NCBI RefSeq assembly: GCF_009914755.1
Contig: NC_060935.1
Origin: the human T2T-CHM13v2.0 reference genome, Homo sapiens
Direction: 5' to 3' (one strand)
DNA length: 64,000 nucleotides
The translations under genes were made by a program, and so were the position numbers. Shown in pieces: positions 55,731-64,000 of the stretch; positions within the stretch are counted from its first letter, which is position 1, and the number at the start of each line of letters is the position of its first letter. The notes below the pieces were generated by a model that saw only the letters and a list, made by a program, of their open reading frames with translations, was not told the origin of the DNA and did not search any database.

Positions 55731-57862
55731 ATGTGTCTGCACTCTGGGATAGAGAAGAGAGTATAGTAATTGCCAGGAGAACTGAAGATGACCTTAAGGC
55801 AGGCCAGGTGACTGGTAAACCATACCCTTCACAAGGCTACCAGAGCTCTAGCCTGACCAATATTATTTTGAAAGGGAATACATTAGAATCCCTGGTGACT
55901 AGATGAACATGGCCATCACTATTTCTACAAACCTGTCTTCTGATGAACATATACTCCTGCTGGATGGTGTCAAGACATGCTTGTTTCTTGAGTGGTTTAG
56001 ATACCAGTTATTGCCCCTCCTGTTATGCCTGGTAACTAGGATGCTGTCAAGAAAATACAGCAGGACTTCATTGAGCTTAAAAAGAGCGTTTCAAAAATAT
56101 TGCATTAGCCTTTTGTCCTTTCAGTCTGTTTTTCATAGAACAAATGTAATCTTAGTCGCTACAAATTTGTTTAAAATAGCTCTTCTGGTGAGTCACCTAA
56201 AGTTAACTGCAGATATGGTATTGTTTTAGCCATGTCAAGCTTGAAATGTTATCCAAGTCCTAGGAACTACTCACTATGGGAAGCTGATGATGTATGTGCC
56301 CTCACACGTGTTTTGAGGGTGATCCTATAATGTCCGGAGAGAAAGAAATGCCTGAGATGAACTGGTCAGCATTACATTTCTCAGAACGGGCTGCAAGAGC
56401 TTCAGAAGCAAAAGGAGTGTTCTCTGTAGGCTCAGATGCTCACATGACCCAAGACACGTGAAGGGTCTGCCCATCATTCACCCCTCTATCCCCACAAGTG
56501 GTCAGAAAGTTAGGAAAATCTCCAAGAGACCATGCAGAAGGGTCAAAGGATCTTGCAGATGTTCTGAGCAAAAAAATGAAAACTTTAAACAGAACATTGT
56601 GCCATGACTTGAAAAGGTCATTATCTAGTTCACACTTACATCAGACTATAAATATTGTCAGAAAAATGGATATGTTTGCCAGGACCATGAACAGTAAAAT
56701 TGCTTAAAATAGGCCACAGAAACCCTCAAGGCCAGTGGGGCCATGGCAGGCCATGACACTCAAACCTGATGCTGCCTTGTGAGAGACCTCAGCAGGAACA
56801 AAAGCCAACAGCTGCTTATTGGAAAATTTATACTCAGTGGCCCTCAAAAATTGCAAAAGCCTTTCAAGTCATGTAAGTTAATTTTGTCTCACTCTTCCAC
56901 CAGGTAGAAGTGAGACAGGGAGACTCATGCTCCTTAAATGAGGTCCCTTGTCAAAGACTAGCTGTCTTATGGCCTTTGAATACTCTGCCCTTCCCCCTTC
57001 CTATGGTATAGCTTTGTGTCCAGTTAGCACTGAGCAGAAGCTGCTCTCCTGCTGTCCCCACCCACTGTTGGCTAAAGCCAGGTCACCTCCTGCCAGGCAG
57101 CGGCTGGGTGAAAGTCCAGAGAAGCTCTCCTGAATAAACAAGTCAAACAAAGGCAGTTCCCAGCAGTGGATGGGGCTGTACTCCAGAAGTCTATTTGCAA
57201 ATCTGTCCTTTAGAACTCGGAAGACATTCCCCAGGAGGAGCAATGTTATGCAGTGTGGCAAGGTTCCCAGGCTAGCCCACACCTCTGATTTAACCCAGAA
57301 TGGGCTGGGGAAACAGTGCTCTAGAACTCATCATTATGGGTAATACCTTTGTAGTCTCTGCTCTTCAGTTTACAAATAGTTGCTGAGCTAGGCATGGTTC
57401 CAGGTGATGTGAAGGTTCAAAGCTGCCTCAGCTTTGTGGAGTAGGTAGATTCAGTAGCTCCTGGGTGCACAGTGGCTGAGATTTTCCCAGTCTCATGAAA
57501 TCCCTGCTTCTCTTTCCTATCTACATGTTTTAGGCTGAAAGTGAAGGGATGACCATTCCGGCTTTTCTTTGGTTTGTTTCTTCAAGATAACCTGGTGTAG
57601 GGAAGGGTGAGAGTCCTGGCTCTATCATTACACACAGCAGCATCTCCAAGCTTCAGTTTCTCCTCTGAAAAATAGGATAATATGTAGCTAAGAGAGCCTT
57701 GGAGTTGCCTCCCCAGCCCTTGTTCTTCTCTTGGTAACTACCATGACTTTTGTTAGGGTATCCACATCTCCCCCAATAGACCACTCCACTCCTGAAGACT
57801 CAGGCCTAGTGCAATTCCATTTTAAGGCCACTATTACAGGACCCAGTGATGGGTGCTGGCCT

Positions 57863-58072
57863 AATTCAGGCCAGTGAGCTTGCATAAGTTTATTGGCTTA
57901 TTTCCAGAAAAACAAATTTCCTTTTTCCTGCTAGATAAGAATGGGACACATATGTGGTCTCACTAGCAATTCAGGCCAATGAGTTTGCATAAGTTTACTG
58001 GCTTATTTCCAGAAAAACAAGTTCCCTTTCTCCTGCTAGATAAAAGTGGGAGACATATGCAGTCTCAGCAGC
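57863..58072. repeat. 105-bp tandem duplication in a probable old ERVL-type LTR (about 57690-58310)
   Basis: aattcaggcca.tgag.ttgcataagttta.tggcttatttccagaaaaacaa... at 57863 and 57968. Confidence 0.85.
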
Positions 58073-59816
58073 AATAGAAAGCCACTCTGAGACTAAAACA
58101 GGGGCAAGCCCTAGATGGAAGCTCTCATTGTGAATGGCAGAGTGGAGTGATGGAAAATAGAACTCCCTGATAAAGTTGTTGAACTCCTAAATGGACCCAT
58201 CCTCAATCCTGTCATACTTCTATTGTATAAACCAATCATCTCCTTCACTTAGTAACCCATAGTGAGTTGAGCTTTCTGCTCCTTTTAATGGAAGCCATCT
58301 TAATTAATACATTATAGCACAGGATTTACTATGGGCATTAAATGGGATATAGCATTCACAGTATCTGTCTCATGCTGAAAAAAGAAAAAAAATTCATAGT
58401 ATTTAGCACAGAATTTATATATGACCCCTGCCCTTCCAGTCCAAGGGCATTAATGGAAAAGACCATAGTTTCTCAGGCCTTTGTTGGATAGGGAAGAAGA
58501 GGGCATGTGTGGACTCCAACACGACCTTAACCTGGTTTGAGGCTTGAATATCTTGCCTGGGCTAGAAAGGTGGCCCCTCTGGACTGGCTTTAATTTTAGG
58601 ATCAGTCCCTTTAGAGGGAGTAGATCTTGTAAGCTGGGGTTTCCCTAGCCCTTGGCAAGTATACATGTTGAAGAGGGTTGGGAGACAAAGAGGGAAGAAA
58701 GGAGAGAACCATGACTTGCTGGTGTAATAACAAAAGGTCCTACCTATCTTTGGGATCGAGATTAATCTCTCCTGTCTTTCTTCTTTTTCCTCCTTTCTTC
58801 CTTACATTTTTTCGCACTCCCAGTTCTCATTAGGGCTGAAGAAGAAAGGGAAGTCAAAGCTGGGATGGCAAAGGAGTGGAAGTATATGCCAGAGGGAGAA
58901 AGGGGAACTTGTGTAAGCTAATTCTGATGACTTTGCATTCAAGTGTAGCACAGATCTCAGTTTTCAGACTAAATGGTAGCTTTAGACTCCTATCGGAGGT
59001 TGGCAAGGCTGGTTTCTTGGAGTTTTTGCATGAAGAACAGGAAACTAGGCAGAGCAGCCTGGTTCAAGGACAAAGGGTTATGTTATGACTAATAGGAAGG
59101 AGGAATCATTTGGAGTACACACAGTGGCTGTAAGTCAGATTTCGGTCATTTCATTACCCCCAGATTTAGCCTAAGTCACCAGGGAGAGGAGACTGCAATA
59201 AAAGAAAAATTAACAAAAAGCTGACATGACTGAAATCTGAAGGAACTTGATTCACATGACATTACTGCTTTGCAGTTGTGCTGTATTACAAGGGTAGAGC
59301 TCATTTGTCCTAGTGTTAGCATACTGCACTTGAGAGTATGCTAGAACACAGGATGGAAAAGGAGTGTGAGAAAACATTACTTCACAAAAGTGGGTCAAGG
59401 GTGCCATGTTCCAACTGTGAAATGGATGCTTAGAAATGAAAATAGAACTCCAGTGTGGTCTGACCAGAACAGGATTGAGCTGCCACCCTCTTATCGGGAC
59501 ACTAGATTTATGGCTGTGGTCAAGAATTGCCCTAATCTTGTTTTTATCAGTCACATTCCAATAATGCCTCATAATGAATCCATGGTCAATTAAAAGCCCA
59601 GTTGTTTTTTACATGAACTGCTGCCAAGTCAGGAATCCCTGTGAATTTGTGTTGTTGATTTTCTTTGAACCAAATACAGAACTTTACAATGATTCTTCTT
59701 GAAAGTCATGCTGGTCAGATTATTTTGCATCTTGCTTATTTTGTCTATTAGCTATTACTCTAAACTTTGTGCTTACCTTCTTCATCATTTAAGACACGTA
59801 TAAAAATATTGACTAG

Positions 59817-60464
<648 letters not shown>

Positions 60465-61056
60465 TCATGGTACTTTTATACCACTTTCCCTCTCCACCTT
60501 ATCCATCACTGGATCATGAGATGCATTATGTATTTTCTTTATGAAATCAAGTTACACTGACTCTAGCATTTCCACCCTGGTGGCCTGGCACTTACCCAGT
60601 ATCTTGCACGTAATAGGCTCTCAATAAATGTTTGTGGAATTAAACTGAATTCTGTGAATCATCAGCATAATAAAATTTAAAAGAAGGAAATGAGGCATGA
60701 TTCACTGATGAACCACTTGGGATCTCAGTGCTCTTTATATTCCTTTTCGTTGTTTTAAGTGAAAATGTCACACATTACAGGAAAATAAAATGTCAACTAT
60801 GATTGACAATATACATTATGCCAACTATCATCATTATCAATACCCAAAATTATATTTTTTTCTTTTACAAAAAACATAATCATGTGCAACTTCATTTTTT
60901 AATTTAATCTATTTTGGCTACCTTTCTATTTTTCAGTAGAATTTCATTGCATGAACCTTAGTCTCTTCTAAGTGTTTAACACATTATCTGTTTAAATTCA
61001 TTAGATTCTGACATAAGAATCATTTGTTTTCAAATTATGGAGTTAATCTATTCTTC

Positions 61057-61420
<364 letters not shown>

Positions 61421-61889
61421 TAAAAAGAAAAACTGGGCAAGGGCCTGGCCCTCCAGAGACTTGGAATCTGATAGAGGTCACAAAATAAGCACATTTATGG
61501 TGTTGGAACAAGGTTCTCTGTGTTAGAGTCTACTACAGGGGAGTGTGCCATGTGCTCTGGGGCCTTGATTAAATACAAAGGACTATAATTTTCTCTCCTG
61601 TGGGGCTCCCTGGAGCTTGGAGCAGCAGCCAAGAGATGTTCAGGCAGCTGAGACTCTCATCACAACCAAAGTTCTTCTGCCACTCTTGGACCTAGGATAG
61701 GAAAATTGATGGGCTCTCTGCCTTCAGGCAGCTCCTGCTCGGGCAGTGTGTGATAGAAGAGGAACTTACTTTGGGTGAGGGTCCACTGCCCCTTCCTTTC
61801 TTCCATGGCCATCAGGTAGGCCATGTGGTCTGACCACAGAGACCCTGACAGAGGGAGAAAGAGGAAAAGGCCAAAAAACAGAAACCATG

Positions 61890-62472
61890 AAGAAGCAGAA
61901 AGACTCTTAAGGTGACCTTCATGAAACCTCACCTCTGGAATTCATACCTTGGTATAATCCCCTCTCCTTGAGTGTGGATGTGGCCTGTGCCTTTTCTACC
62001 TAGCAGAATATAGTAAAGACGGTGAATTGTATGTGATTATTGATTATGCTGCGTATGATATGAATATTAGTGCTGTCTTACTGAACTGCTCTCTTGGCTT
62101 GGAGGAAGCAGATGGCTATGTTGGGAGCCCCATGTGCCAAAGAACTGTGGGCAGCCTCTAAGAGTTGAGGGTGGCCACTGGTTGACAGCCACCATGAGAC
62201 TGAATCCCTGAGTCTTATTAATGCAACCACAGGAAACAGAATTCTGCCAAATGAATTCTGAGTGTGTTTGGAGCAGATCTTTCCCTAGACCAGCCTCAGA
62301 TGAGATCACAGCCTTGGCTGACACCTTGATTACAACCTTGTAAGACCCTAAGCAGAAAATCCAGCTAAGTCAAACCTGTACTCCTGAACCACAGAAACTG
62401 AGATAATAAACTTGCGCTCTTTTAAGCAGTTAAGCTTGTGGTAATATGGCTAAGCAGCAATAGTTAATTAAT
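61890..62472 (+). mobile_element. MaLR LTR (MLT1E/F-type)
   Basis: gtataatcccctctccttgagtgtgg...cagatgagatcacagccttggctgacaccttgatt...cacagaaactgagataataaa. Confidence 0.7.
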
Positions 62473-62625
62473 ATCCTAACAGTTAATCTCTTTTGCCTTC
62501 CATAAGAACTGCAGGAGAAAAAAATGACGTAGGGAAGGGAGATTGGAAGGGAATTCCAGCAACCTCTATGAAGAGAAGAAATTGACTAGGGAAAGGACTT
62601 TTGCTGTGAAGCTCTACCACATTTG

Positions 62626-62660
62626 TTCATTCATTCATTCATTCATTCATTCATTCATTC
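62626..62660. repeat. (TTCA)n
   Basis: About 9 units. Confidence 0.9.
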
Positions 62661-62711
62661 GTTTGTTAAAGATGTTGAAGTAGAGATATGTGTATCAGCC
62701 TTCAAGAAAGG

Positions 62712-64000
<1,289 letters not shown>

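Overview
Human (primate) genomic DNA, recognisable as the chr11p15 SBF2-ADM locus. The first 24.5 kb is intron 1 of SBF2/MTMR13 (minus strand). Its first coding exon (55 nt, MARLADYFIVVGYDHEKP-G) lies in a CpG island at about 24.2-25.4 kb. The complete 4-exon adrenomedullin gene (ADM, 185-aa preproprotein giving PAMP and AM) is on the plus strand at about 35.58-37.90 kb, in a second CpG-rich domain. The remaining 26 kb has no recognisable coding exon and consists of repeats and candidate enhancers. SBF2 intron 1 carries a very young processed copy of GNG10 with an intact ORF, poly(A) and an 18-bp TSD. Repeats include more than 30 Alu elements, MER52/MER61/MER57 solo LTRs, several MaLR LTRs, Tigger/MER DNA transposons, and MIR/L1/L2/CR1 relics. 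Best leads: (1) the intact GNG10 retrocopy; (2) a candidate alternative, phase-compatible SBF2 first exon on the antisense side of the ADM promoter; (3) a two-uORF arrangement in the SBF2 leader; (4) a 99-bp unexplained insert between 38-bp direct repeats; (5) a perfect hairpin joined to a 54-bp copy of sequence 4 kb away; (6) a CTCF/HRE/AP-1 module just 3' of ADM. No wholly new biological system can be established from sequence alone. Repeat subfamily names and boundaries were assigned by eye from remembered consensus sequences and are approximate.
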